Assembly (NCBI GenBank): GCA_043228905.1
Contig: JBHGNT010000147.1
Location: 1 to 64,000, forward strand
Length of the DNA stretch: 64,000 nt
Reading direction: 5' to 3'
Source: Azolla caroliniana
Taxonomy: Eukaryota > Plantae > Polypodiophyta
Each line of letters opens with the position of its first letter. Position 1 is the stretch's first letter. The notes below the pieces were generated by a model. It did no database searches, was not told the origin of the DNA, and saw nothing but the letters and a program-made list of their open reading frames with translations. The translations under genes and the position numbers were made by a program. Shown here piece by piece: positions 40,001 through 53,606 of this stretch.

Positions 40001-43000
40001 AACAGATCGCTGTAGTAGAGAGGCAATACAAATACGGAACTCGGAGGCAACAACGTCGAGTTCTCCTTTGTCTAACAGACGGCTATAGAGTTACACTCTC
40101 TCTCTCACTCACGGTTATAGAGGTAACTACCTCGTTTTGACTTTTTAATAATGATCAACTACATCACACTAAAGTTTGCCCTAGTTTCTTATAAATTAAA
40201 GGAACTTTCTGGCTATTTACAAGTATAGCCCACAAGAGCATTTTAGACCATTTACAATTATAGTCTTCCAAAACGATTCGGTTTTCGATTTAGGTTTCCA
40301 CCTCGGCCGAGATACTCACCAACACGGTACTTCTCTTCCAATTCCGGAGGGACATGTTTCCAAACAAACTCCCCCTTCACTTCGGCATGGGGTACTTCAC
40401 CAAACAAACTCTCTATCGACATGTGTTTAGCTTTTCCGCTGACAGCACCTTCGTCAGCATATCCGATCCATTTTTGACCATGTGGATCTTAACTAGAGAA
40501 AACTCCTTTTCTTCTACTCGCTCTCGGAGCCAATGCTATCTTCTTTGTATGTGTTTGGTCCGTGGGTGGTAGGCGGCATTTTTCGCAAGGTGGATGGCAC
40601 TCTGGTTATCGCAATGGAGTTGGAATTCCTCCTGCCGAATTCCCAGCTAACCGATAAACTCCTTCATCCATATCATTTCCTTGTCGGTTTCCGTTGCTGC
40701 CATATATTCGGCTTCCGTGGTCGACATCGCAATGGCCTTCCGCAGCCTCGACTTCCATGAAACGACTCCCCTTGCATAAGTCATTACGTACCCGGACATG
40801 GATCGACTGGTATCCACATCAGCCGACATGTCCGAGTCAGTATAACCTTCTAGTTTGGGGTTACTTGAACCGAAATGAAGACACACATTTGAGGTTCCTT
40901 TTAGGTACTAAAGTATCCACTTGACAGCAGCCCAATGTTCTCTTCCAGGGTTGCTCATGTATCGGTTAACCACGTTGACTGCATATCCTATGTCTGGCCT
41001 GGTACATACCATCACATACATCAGGCTTCCAACCGCCCAGGCATAAGGAACTTTTGACATCTCAGCCTTCTCGATTTTCGATTTCGGACATTTTTCTTTG
41101 CTTAGCTTGCAGTTCATCGGCAGTGTTGAGCTGAATGGTTTTGCGCTTTCCATGTTGAATCTCTGGAGCACCTTTGTTACTTATTTTTCTTGTGACAGCC
41201 ACAACAATTTCTTTGTTCGATCCCGAACAATCTGCATCCCCAGGATTTGCTTTGCCGGACCCATATCCTTCATCGAGAACGATCTGCTCAAGGCTTTCTT
41301 CAACACTCGGATCTTCATATGCTCCCGTCCGATAATCAACATGTCGTCCACGTACAACATGAGGATGAGGAAATCTCCTTCGTCGAATTTCTTCACAAAT
41401 ACCCAGTGATCAACCTGCATTTTGTGGTACCCATTGTCGATCATGAAGGATTCGAATTTTCGATACCATTGTCGAGGAGCTTGCTTCAACCCGTACAAGC
41501 TCTTCCTCAATTGGCATACCAAATTTTCTTTACCTTTTTCCACGAATCCTTCCGGATGGTGCATGTATATCTCTTCCTCCAAATATCCATGGAGGAAGGC
41601 AGTCTTGACATCCAGTTGTTCGACTTCGAGGTTCATGCTGGCTGCGATGCGCAACATGGTTCGGATTGACGTTATCTTTACGACCGGGGAAAATATTTTG
41701 TCGAAATCGACGCCCTTCTTCTACTGAAAGCCTTTCACAATGATTCGTGCTTTGTACCTGGGTGGATTCCCGCCATCTCCTGGTTTCATCTTGTATTATT
41801 CCGAAGTGCCTTCTTTCCTCTTAGCAGTTCAATCAGTTCATATGTGTGGTTCTCATGCAAGGAATCCATCTCCTCCTACATGGCACTCAACCACTTTCGG
41901 CTATGGGTATCTTCCTTAGCTTCTTCATAGCTTTCCGGCTCCCTATCATTGGTTAGCAGTACACGCTCTTCATCCGGAAATCTTCAGGGGCCCCTCCTTT
42001 CTCTTAGGGGATATCTACGACCTCTATTCGGCACGGTCGGTTCTTTTTCGACGTCTTTGGCTTATTCGAATTCGGTTCCTTGTTTGGCCATTTCCCCTCT
42101 CTCTTTAGTCAGTTCTCAATTTTCCCGTGTATTAACTCGGCCGACTGGCTTGGATTCAATTTCGATGGAATCGGCTTCTACTTGATTCGGTTGAGCGTTG
42201 ACTCGGTTCGATTCGGTAGTTGGAGACTTATTCTCAATCTCCCAGTGCACTATTGTCTTTTCCTCCATGAAGACAATGTTGCGGCTCCTAATCACTTTGT
42301 TCTCGGCTAAGTCCCATGGCCGATAGCCAAATTCATCATTGCCATAGGCGAGAAATAATCATGGCCGAGATTTCGGGTCCAACTTCCCCCTCTGGTCCTT
42401 TGCCACATGCACATAACCAAGAAAACCGAACACCCTCAAATGTTGGTACAATACGTGTTTGCCACTGCACACCCTTTGTGGAATATCACCATCCAAGGGT
42501 AATGAGGGTGATCGGTTTATCATGTACGCTGCCGTCATCAACGCCTCAACCCAGAACATCTTCAGTAACCTAGCATGTGCATGCATACTTCGGACCCTTG
42601 CCATTATGGTCCGGTTCATTCTCTCAGTCAACCCATTAAGCTCTGGCGTCTTCGGCACGATATGCTCGAACTGGATTCCTTGATTTCGGCAATATTTCTC
42701 AAATGGGCCACAATACTCTCCGCCATTGTCCGCTCGGACTGCCTTCAATTTTCGGCCGGTTTCTCTCTCGGCTCTCGGTTGGAACTCTTTTAAGACGGAT
42801 AACACTTGATCCTTCGTCTTCAACACAGAAGCCCACAATTTCTTGCTACATTCATCAATGAAGGTCACGAAATATTGTGAACCACCATGTGACTTTGTGT
42901 CACATAGCATAAGTCTGTATGCACGAGCTCCAACGACATTTTCTTCCTCATCAGGGGCCTCGTTCGAAAAGATGTTCGATTCTGCTTGCCGGCCAAGCAA

Positions 43001-45583
43001 TCAATGCAATTCTCAAGTTGCGCGTTCTTCACCTTCGGAACGAGGTTCTCCTCGGCAAGCTTTCACATCCTCCGGAATTAGGTTCAATCGAACCTTCGTC
43101 ACGTGTCATACATATCTCAACACGAGTTTGCACCCGGTTGATGTTTCCAAACACACATCTCCAATGCCAACGATTCGGCATGCTCCTTGACTCCCCATCT
43201 TTACGGATCCGAGATCTCCAACTCTGTAGGATGAGAAACACTTTCAGTCAGGGGTTAGGTGGAATGACGCACCCGAATCGACTACCCATGTCGATTCTTT
43301 GCCGGTGAGATTCACTTCGTTTTGCTCACTGATGAGCAACGACTCCTCCTCACTCGCGGTGATTGCTAAGGTGTTCTTTCTGTCCGGTATTTTCTTTGGC
43401 TCTACACCATCAGCTCCCCCTTTCTTATTTCAAAAGTTTCGTCAATTTTTCTGGAAGTGCCCCGACTTCCCACAATAGAAGCACGCGGGCCTCCCCCTCG
43501 ACTTCGACCTGGTCCCCTACTTATCTCGATTCTGGGGATTTTGATTTCGGCCTCTTCCCTGAATCGTCTTACCTTCTGTGACTAAGGCCTTCTGGTCAGT
43601 ATTGGACTGACGGTCCTTCCGACGAGCTTCTCCATTCAACAAGCTTGACTTCACCTACTCTAGGGATAGATGCTTCCCTTTCGGCCCGACGTTGCCTAAA
43701 GTGATAACAAGCGTCTTCCAGCTGTCCGAAAGGGATCCTAGCAATAGTAATGCTAATACCTCGTCGACCAGAGGTACTTGTAGAGAGGTGGTTTGGTTCA
43801 TCAATCCTTGGAAGGCATTGATGTGCTCCGCCATACTGGAGCCATCCTGATACGGGAGTGATATTTCGAAATACTGAGACTTGGTTCACGATGTTCTTGT
43901 TTTTGAACATGACGCTGGTCTTCTTCCATAGGACGTCTGCATCTGTTTCTTTGCCGAAGTTGTTGTATAGACTCAAGTCTATAAAACACCGTATACATGC
44001 TGCCACATTCAGATGCAACACTTCCCAAGTCCCTAGTTGCTGCATCGATCTTGTCTAGTCTTTTATCTCCAAACTACACCGGCAGCCAGAGGTCTTTGCA
44101 CACGAGCATGTCTCTCATCTTCGACATCCACACTCAGTAGTTGGATTTGGTTAGCTTAAACATGCCGCCGAACGAGTCTTCCATCTCTCTGATACCACTT
44201 TGTTAGGAATCGACCGGCCACAACCGATTGCACGTTCATGTTCGTATGCAAATGCCAAGAACTAGTACACAAACAAAAACGTGAAGACACAGAGACACCG
44301 ATATTTTACGTGGAAAACCCAATGGGAAAAACCATGGAGGTCCACAAACCCCAAGGAAACAGATCACTACAGATATAGAACTCAGAGGCAACGACCTCGA
44401 GTTCTCCTTCGTCTGACAGATGGCTACAGAGTTACACTCTCACTCTCTTACTCACGGTTACATCGGCAACTACCTCGTTCTAACTTTTTAATAATGATCA
44501 ACTACATCACACTAAAGTTTGCCCTAGTTTCTTATAAATTAAAGGAACTTTCTGGCTATTTACAAGTATAGCCCACAAGGGAATTTTAGACTATTTATTA
44601 TTATAGTCTTCCGAAATGATTTTGGTTTTCGATTTACATTTCGATTTCTGTTTTGATTTCTATTTTGATTTCGGTCGAGATACTCACCAATACGGTACTT
44701 CTCTTCCCATTCCGGAGGGACATGTTTTCCAACACATCCTATGTACCACCATATCTAGGAGCTTGTCATCGACAAGAAGCTCGAAGTCGGAAAGTGGATA
44801 CACAGGTAAACATCGCTGACAGCATGACGAAGCCACACTCCTAGATCAACGCTTCGGCACACTAAGAGGATAGATGGGACTGCAACAAGCGAGGGAGTAA
44901 AAAGGAACCGAAGAAGAAGAAGCAGAAGGTAAGTTGGAAATGGGTATGACTAGAGAGGCCAGAACGGCAAAGTCCAAAGAGCTGAATAGTCGGAAGTCTA
45001 TAAATGTAGCTTAGTACACAGAGGCTAACAGGACAGAGGATGATCTAAGGATGAACAAAACCCGAAGCTGATCATCGTTCCAACAGACAGCACGGGAACC
45101 GACATACATGAAAAACTGAAGGCCTAGAGGCCGAAATTTGAATTAAACACTAGTCCATTCGGACAACTAGCCGATTCGACTAAACTGACTATACCTTTGC
45201 CAATTCGGCTACTAGCCAATTGGCTTGTATTATACATATTGTAGATTAAGTTTAAATTGTAATTTGAGCTTACGGGGATAACCCCATCATTGTATGTAAA
45301 TAGAGTAGTCCTTTTATGGGGGACTTTGTTGGGCTAAAAGTCCCTCTGCCCATTTTTTCCCTAGTTGAGCATGTCCTCATAGTTAGGGCAAAGTTACCCA
45401 AACTATATATGTGAGAGACTGTGTATTGTAAAAAAGTTTGGTGGTAATGTAAGATAGTCTCTTGTGCAAATACTGTGTAATTTTGATCTTGTCTTTCTCT
45501 TCTTTCTCTTTGTGTATACCTTCCCATATACAAGAATAATGCACTATACCTCCATTGTTACTTGCGTGCTAACCCCATAAACA
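37050..45583 (+). mobile_element. 5'-truncated copia 'D' (family A), interrupted by copia E
   Basis: LWHGQLNHMS, VHSDICG, RSDNGGEY and RT/RH motifs; RH resumes at ~44740 (YHHI..KVDTQVNIADSMTKP); PPT GGGGGACTT then LTR 45327-~45583. Confidence 0.85.
39842..44734 (-). mobile_element. Ty1/copia 'E' (family B), decayed
   Basis: LTRs at 39842-40366 and 44201-44734, visibly diverged; minus-strand PBS TGGTATCAGAG at ~44187-44197; PPT next to 40367; gag-pol fragments resemble element B. Flanks CATGT/CATCC. Confidence 0.9.
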
Positions 45584-45777
45584 AGATTGATACATGCTTC
45601 CACATCAATCGACCTACATCTCATCATACAACAACCGACCAAGATACTCATGGTATCAACATCATGAATACGACTTAAAGCATACATGATTGTATGACAA
45701 ATCATTAATTAAAACTATCTAATGTAAAATCAAATTCCTTAATCAGCTTCGCCCATTGTGCCATACAACCAATGAGC

Positions 45778-47452
45778 TGTTGGGATAAAAGTCTCACTCC
45801 CCCCTCCTTGTATCTCTAGTGTGAGCAAATAGTTAACCTAACTATATAAGTGGGTTACTTACCTTGTAATGAAAGGTTCGAGGGTTAATGTAACATAGTC
45901 TTCTTTGAGCACATCTCTCTCTCTCTCTCTCTCTCTCTCCGTATTTGACCTCCGAAGACGATAATATAATCTATCTATCTCCCTGTGTGTCTAATAGTGC
46001 ATACCTCCACTTGCGTTGTTTTCTAGACTTATTACAAGGTCCTGAATCACGCTTCCGCATCGTCACCTACATATTATCTCTAACAAGTGGTATCGGAGTG
46101 ACTTGTAGTTTGGCATAAACAAAAGCACAAACTTGAGAAGAGAAGAAATGATTGAAGGAAAGGACCATGTAAGAAAATGCCACTTCCAATAGAACATGGC
46201 TTCTACATCCAGTACAGGAGTAGAAATTTGAAAATTCGACAACAAAAACTTTGCCCTATGGAAGTAGATGATGTAGGATGTACTTATCATCCATCATCAA
46301 ATCAAGGCAATACGGCACAACAACAAGCTAGCCTCGATGACAATAGATGAAGGGCGTTCACTGGATGAAATAAGCAGGTCGAACATTCGAATGCATCTAG
46401 CCAAGAATGTTTACTTCAGCATGGCCAAAGAAACAACCACATTTATGTTGTGGGAGAAGCCCCAACCCATTTCTGAGAAGCAATCCTCCTTATCAAAGTT
46501 CATATTGATTCGACAATTGTTCAATATGAAGATGAGAGAGATAGATCCGGAGACCTCCCACATAAACACCTTCAGCCGGGTGTTATCCGAACTATCCTAC
46601 CAAGGGATTAACTTCAAACAAGAAGTGAAAGCCCTTGCCTTACTTTCGTGATTTTTGCACCCACTGCAGAAAAACCGGTCACAACGTTTCTGACTGCTGG
46701 TCGATCAAGAGGAAGGAGAACAGTTGGCGATTTGAGCGGAACTCAAGACAATCCAACTCGAACCATTCTCCAGTTAGCAACCAAATCAATGTTGTCGACT
46801 CACGATCAGGAGAAATCTTCTCTAGAGGACTCGATGATCGGAGAAGTCCTCTACAATGTGCAAGACGCACGAACGTGGCTATTGGACTCCAATGCCACAT
46901 TTCATGCAACCGCCAACAACGAATGGTTCTAGGACTATTCGGTCAATGGCAGCAGCACAATCCAACTAGGAAACGAGCAAGAGTGTGTAATTGCAAGGAT
47001 CGGCGAGGTCCCCATCCAATTGCCAAACAACAATACCATCACCCTGCACCAAGTTCGGTACGTACCCAAGTTGAAAAGGAGTCTGGTCTCCATCGGCATG
47101 TTGGCCGAAGTCGGGTACAGAACGACTCTCAATGAGTCATCATGGACGATCAGTTGAGGAAATTCGAAAATCGGGCATGGAGACAAGTATAATAACTTGT
47201 ACCCACTGATGGCGATCAGTCCATAAGGGGTTGTGAACATAGCCGAATCGCGGGACTCAAACCTATGGCATGGCCGACTCCGCCACATTTCAGAAGCTGG
47301 ATTGGACCGGCTGACGACAATCGGCCACATCCGGAAACTCTAGTCGAACATGGACTTCTGTGAGCATTTTCGTTATGGGAAACAGACCCAGAATTCACAC
47401 TCTCTCCATTACGAGACGGTATGACAACCCCTAGAACTGGTCCACACAGATA
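45778..47452 (+). mobile_element. 5' part of copia 'F' (family A)
   Basis: LTR 45778-46085, PBS TGGTATCGGAG at 46088, gag (RSNIRMHLAKNVYFSMAKE), PR WLLDSNATFH; cut at VHTD by element G. Confidence 0.88.
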
Positions 47453-48750
47453 TGAAAAGAATAACATGGGGAAGCTGCATAGACACTATCGGCTCAGCCG
47501 GAGAGCAACAGAGAACTGTAAACACAGAGAACAATGGTGAGAGAGAGAGAATACATAGGAGAGACAGAGAGAGAAGAACATAGAAAACTCAATTTCAAAA
47601 TAATACTCTATCTGTACATACAAGTGTGCTCAGTGAGCACTTTTATACAAGTCCATAAAGGATAGTCAGAAGTACTAAGAAGTACTTCAATGCTCATAAC
47701 TGAGCTACTAACACTAATTCCCAATAATATGCCTATCTACTAGTCTAGGATTGTAGGCCTCTAACGGCCTACCGGTTCACACGTGGGTCCGGCTCTCCGA
47801 TTCGGCTCTCGGCTTGTCCAGTCGATGCGGCCCACCTTGAGCTTGCTCGCTCAACACTCCCCCTTAAGCTCAACTTGAGGTCAGTCTATCGTGTTTGTAT
47901 CCACCAGTCCTTGTCTCCAGCTCCTCTTGGCATCTTCACGCCTTGCTCGCACTCATTCAGTTCGGTCCCACGTTCCATGACCCCTCTGGTCCAACGCTTC
48001 TTGACCTATCTGACTCCATGCCTCTCGACCCCTACGGTCAACTTGTTTGCTCATCAGGCCCATCTCAACTCTCTCGCTATCATGGTATTGGCACTTCTCG
48101 ATCCGTTGAACTCTTTGTTTCGGTGTTGACTTTGGTTGCCTTCCTGTCCGCTCGGCCTTCACTTGATTCGGCTTGTCCAAATCAAACCACTCAATCGAAT
48201 CGGTTGTCTCCGATTCGTCATTAGCCTTTAGGCCCTTGACCACATCCAACCATTTTCTAGTCCTGGCTTTTTCCTCATCGGCTCTGTCCTTGTTGACTCT
48301 ACTGCCTTTCCCGCTCGTTCTGACTCTATCGAATGGATTGACTTCTTTAGTCGATTCATCATCTTGTTTGGTTTTGGCTTTCTCCTATTGCTCTCCCCCT
48401 TTTTCTCTACCTGTTCTCCCCATCAAGTGCGGCACGTCGAGCTATTGGATACCACTCATATCCGAGAAGTGCTGCAACTTGTCTGATCCGAGCGCCTTGG
48501 TGAAGATGTCGACAACATGTCGATCGGTTCAAACATAACGAAGTTTGACTTCACCGCTCAAGACGTGATCATGCACATATCATAACGCACTTCTATGTGT
48601 TTCGTGTGAGCATGGAAAACAGAGTTCATTGCCAACTGCATGCTACTGATGTTGTCTCAAAAGATCTAAATCGGAGTAGCAACTTTGACCTGTTAGTCCT
48701 GCAATAGTTGCCTACGCCATATAGTTTCACAAGTCACGACAGTTGATCAT
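47453..48750 (-). mobile_element. 3' end (RNase H, tail, PPT, LTR) of copia 'G' (family H)
   Basis: LTR 47453-47856 shares gtgctcactgagcac/gacttgtataaaag with H LTRs; PPT at 47857; minus-strand RH motif VDIFTKALG. Confidence 0.8.
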
Positions 48751-49297
48751 CTTGTTACTGGTTAAGGTGACACTGCACCAAATCCCCAGTCCTTTGAGGC
48801 TCGACTTCAAGGTAATCGTGGTTCAGGAATGGGAGAATACATTGTAACTGTGATACGAGAGACTATACACTGGACTCGTAAGTGTTGACTTAATCGTGGA
48901 GATTGTGGAGAACACGTTCGCGTTCACAAGTGGAAGGATCGTGCATTCCACTTATAGAATCTTCTTGAAAATATCCAAATATACCCTCTCGACAAAAATT
49001 GGATGCACTAGTATCACATGTTCCACAACTTGATTAGAATTTGCAAATATAAAAATACATGATAGGTCTGCGAGTGGAGATCATTAGAAATTCAAATAAG
49101 TTTGGATGTGTTGATAAGTTAATGTAGGCATAATAAAGTTCAACAATGGCTCAATATCTCACTAATGTGCGACATGGCAAACACTAAGTTAAAGACTTAT
49201 GTTATTTTGGTAAGTTTTACAAAAATATGAGGTGTACTTGTAACCATACCATACTAATAAAATGAGTTATAATTTATACTTTGATCCATACTCGTAT

Positions 49298-49572
49298 ATA
49301 TATAATTGTGGACAATGTAGGATAGTGAACTTTAGGATAATGTGATTGGAATGACAAACTTATTAAGGTATTTAATACTTGTATTTAAAGTTGATCTAAT
49401 CTATTTCTTAGTTTGTTCGCATGGGATCAAACCAGATGTATATAATTGTGGACAATGTAACACAATGAACATTAGGATAATGTGATGGAAATAATAAACC
49501 TATTAAGGCTTTCAATACTTGTATTTAAAACTGATCTAATCTATTCCTTAGGTGATTCACATGGGATCAAAC
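49298..49572. repeat. Tandem duplication, two copies of ~140 bp
   Basis: tatataattgtggacaatgta...taggataatgtgat...catgggatcaaac occurs twice. Confidence 0.8.
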
Positions 49573-52500
49573 TCCGAACAATAAGGCTAGTGGAACTACA
49601 AGCGTATAAAAACATGCGGATAACACTAGTGGAACCATTATCAACACACTACACAATCTAAGCAACAATGGAAGAGAAACATAATAGTTTTAACAATAGA
49701 AGACAAAAGATCCATAATATATGAACTGGTATATATTAGACACGGAATGACAATCTCGACAATTGATTGCAAATAACAACATGGACAGTCATGGCAACAA
49801 TTCTATGAGCATGTTATGTTAAGGTAAAGTTGGCTGAAGTCAGCCTTAATGTAAACTAATTCATGTTTCTCCATATTGGTAGTCAACAATGCATGCGGTG
49901 AAACCAATGTCATAAGTCAACAAACCAAGTATATAGAAATAAAATTGAAACATATAGAAGATTATAAAGAATGGAATACACCAAGTAGACCCCAAAATTT
50001 GTATTAGTAATGTGAATTCCAAACAATACATTTCGTGAACAAAAGAGTCTATTACATAGCAATCAAATCGTCAATGTCATTTTCTTCATCTCTTATAGAA
50101 GTCTCTTCGGCTATACGTGCATTGTCTTCCCCTATTAGTCGAGCCAACATAATATCTTCTATAAGCTCATCATCAAGCTTTGTTTGCTCCCCGGGTTCCC
50201 CGACTAACAGAGGAATAGGCTCTCGCGAAGCAGGTTGAAACCTTTCGGTATCAGCGAGGTTCTTTGCACCGACCTCCTCGTCCTGGTCTGGGCACTCCCA
50301 TAAAGCCTTAATCCTCATGTTTATAAATATAACTTGCTCCTCGTCCTTCTCCAATGCAACTGTGTTTCTGAAGAGCTTCAATGCACATGCAGACGTTGTC
50401 CTTATGAAGAAAGCAACAAGAAGAATTAGTTTTCAAACAAAAAAGAATTAGTACTGGTTATCTCAAGATCGTTAACCTAGTTTGAAGAATACTTGTGCCA
50501 GAAAATAGGTCAAATATCCAATCTCCTTCTATAGAAAACATCTCTATCAAGCGCATCATAAGTCGTTGAGGTTTTTGGTATGGGTTGACAAGTCCATGTT
50601 CTGTCGTGGTGACATGTCGCAATTTCCGTGTCACTGCTCGATATACCAGTAGATTTGAACCTCCGACTTCATTAGAATGCTCCTTGATTCTTTGTTTCTT
50701 TATTTCATCGAAGTAGCCAACTGTAATGTATTCAATGGCATTTATGAACCGAAAGGTTGGCCCTCTATTGACATTGGTTTTTATCCTATAACAAATATTG
50801 CGTCGAGTTAAGAAAAGATTGAACAATATTAAGAAAGGCAATATAGTGAATGAGACTTATAAACAATCCTTACCATGCAAGGTTATTGATGCCATGGCAA
50901 CGAGATCTCAAAGCTTGAGCTACCGAGTACCCTTGGTCCATACTATGAAAGACAACTATCCTCCACAAGGATGCAATCGTTAGCTCAACAAAATCCTTGA
51001 CCATCTTCTCTAACTGTTTGAACCTAAAAGGTTCATCATCGTATGATGACCCTGCCATTCGAAATCCGTATGGAATATCAGCAATCATTAGCGTATATTC
51101 CTTCTTTGGCACTTTTTGGATCATGTCAACGACATCGCCGCAAATCACGTTGTAGTAAAGATCTCTAGTAATGTCCTTTTTGTGGCTAAAGTTTTTGAAG
51201 GATCCATCTTCCTCAATTTCTTACGCCTTGACTAAGCGACGATCCTTTTCTTTTCTGGCTCTCTCGAGATGTGCAAGGAAGGATGTCGGGAAATCATGTA
51301 TATCCTTAACTTCTCCTTGTTTCTTGCCACGACACAGTTTCTAATAGAAGCAATAAGACATCAAGTATTATTACACAACCTCTACATATGAGGAAAACTT
51401 AATGAAAAACACCAATACTAACCCAATCCTTGAATGCAATAAAATACTTGGATAACGCCTTATATGAAGACGTTAGAGGATAATCCTCGGTCACTTGTTC
51501 CCAAGTTATACATCCCAGTTGTTTCATCATAACTTCTTGGATCTTTATGTACACCTTATGACTGTGAAATTAGAAAACAACATTAGAACTTTCAATTGCA
51601 CCATATTGAATTCAACATCACTATTTGAAAGACTTACTTATTGAACTCAATGACCATTTCTTCAAGGCTTAATTCTTTCACCACAACCCTTGACAAAACA
51701 GACACAAGAAGCTGCTCGTCCTTAATACCTTGCATCACTCTCCACAGAGACAGCTTCATGTCATCAGCCGCTTCTTCAATTGTCAAATCAATTTTCTTGG
51801 CTGCTTGTGACTTTAATTCTAATTGAGGGTCTACCTTACATTTCTTTTGTCGTTGACCCTTGACCTCCTTATTCTCCCACATTGAGAAGATTTGATCTTG
51901 TAGATCCCATACTTCTCCATCTCTAAAGGCAAGTTGAAACCAAGATTCATGTTTCCGAAGACCATCTGACTTAACATTATCATCCACCACAATGCTGACC
52001 TCCTGAAGGCATTGACGTCGTAGGTAGGGGTGTAGCTTCACACCAAACTTTTGTTTGACGTTCAGGTATTCATGGTGGAAGAACCTTATCCGTTCAATAG
52101 ATGACATTTTTTGCCTATAGTCGTCGTTATTGTGGTTCCATGCCAAAAGGTTTGCCTCTTTAGTTGTAAGGCCCACGTATATTTTGCACTCGGCATACTA
52201 GAAGAAGAAAGTCGTTGGATGCTTTCTAACAAGTTGTCGGCATGCTTCATCCGAATGTGATCCACCAATTACAAAGTAATTGTATTGATCATGCTTTTTC
52301 ATGTCGAAGTCCTCAGTTGTGGAACATTCTTTAGGATCTACCATCACAATGAAAGGCACAACTGTAGCATGCAGATTTATTTTCATTTTTTTCTTGAGAT
52401 TCTGAACATGCATTCGGTGTGGCTCTCTGATCTGAAGTGTTCTTCGTCACGTTTTTACATCTACTGGGTGCCAATGGATGTGTGTTATTGGCAAATTAAA

Positions 52501-52958
52501 CACTTGCCCTTTTCTCACCAGTTTGCGCTGCATTAACTCTTTCCATATCTTATTCTGCTCGGATGACAACACACCAGATGCCAACTCAACACCTTGCGTC
52601 CCCCTAGTGTCCTCATCTTCAGTTGAGCTTGATGAGTCGTAGTCCGACATTTTAGTGGTCTTCTTTTTTGCTCGTCTTGATTGCACTTTAGATGCCCTTT
52701 TTGGGGCCTTCACCGTGGAGGGAAATGGCTCCCTTAGAGTTACATGGCCTTGTATATAAGCCCTCAAGGTGACAAAAAGGTTTTGTGAGCCTTGTAGATA
52801 TTTTTTAAAAGATTCTGGCCCACAAGATTCCTTTACTAGTCGATCTTCAGAAAGGTACACTTTACGTACCCCCTTCGAACACTCTATCATTACAAGAATC
52901 TTGGCAGAATCTAAATCTTCGTAGTCAAATCGTAAAATACGACCATACATAAATGCGT

Positions 52959-53606
52959 TGTCGTGAAGATTCACGCGTGCATGTGCTACTCGAGCGACCA
53001 CCGGGGTCTTGGACTAGGGAGGATGTTCGCAGAATTATCGAAGAGATGACGATCAATGTAAGATTAGATGAAATTAGTTTACTTGAGAAGAAGAAAGATT
53101 GTACACTTGAGAAGTAGAAAAATATGAAGAAGATAAAGACAAATATAATTATATTGATGATAGTGGTGTTGGTGATATCACATATTGAGCCCCCCTTACA
53201 CAAGCCCAACTTGAGGCTTTTATAGGTCTTTCCATGCTTGTGACATGCACAAAACCATGGGCTAAAACCATGGTTTTGTGCACACGGTTTTGCTTATGTC
53301 ATGCACAAACCATGGGTTTAGAACCATGGTTTTGTGCACATGGTTTTCGAATGGTTGTTTCATCTATAATTCATATATGAAAAGTAAATACATAAAATTT
53401 ACACTATATGATAGTTGTCCTAGTGGTAAGGCAATTATCTTGTATCTTAGAGGTGCAAGGTTCAAACCTTTCTTGCACCCCTCTGTATGAACTCAAGTGC
53501 CACTAGGCCTTAGGAGGCTTATTTGCTAAGTGTATGTGCAATGTTGCACATCCTTGGTTTATTCGTCTCACTCGGTTTCACACCGTAGCCGAAAATCGTC
53601 ACGATA
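52959..53606 (-). mobile_element. Solo LTR (gypsy/Tcn1-like architecture) inserted in exon 2 of the MTase gene
   Basis: Termini TGTCGTGA...TCACGATA; 4-bp flanks GCGT/GCAC (each one change from GCGC); minus-strand TATAAAA at ~53218; CCATGG repeats; tRNA-like boxes. Removing it restores the frame NDC-AFMYG. Confidence 0.75.

Noticed and set aside
48750-50050. Left TIR of the putative Sola-like element
   Set aside because: No partner inverted repeat is visible; the right end probably lies beyond 64000 and the left end may have been deleted.
52959-53001. MVARVAHARVNLHD as the N-terminus of the ParB-MTase
   Set aside because: These codons come from the inserted solo LTR; the real frame continues at 53607.
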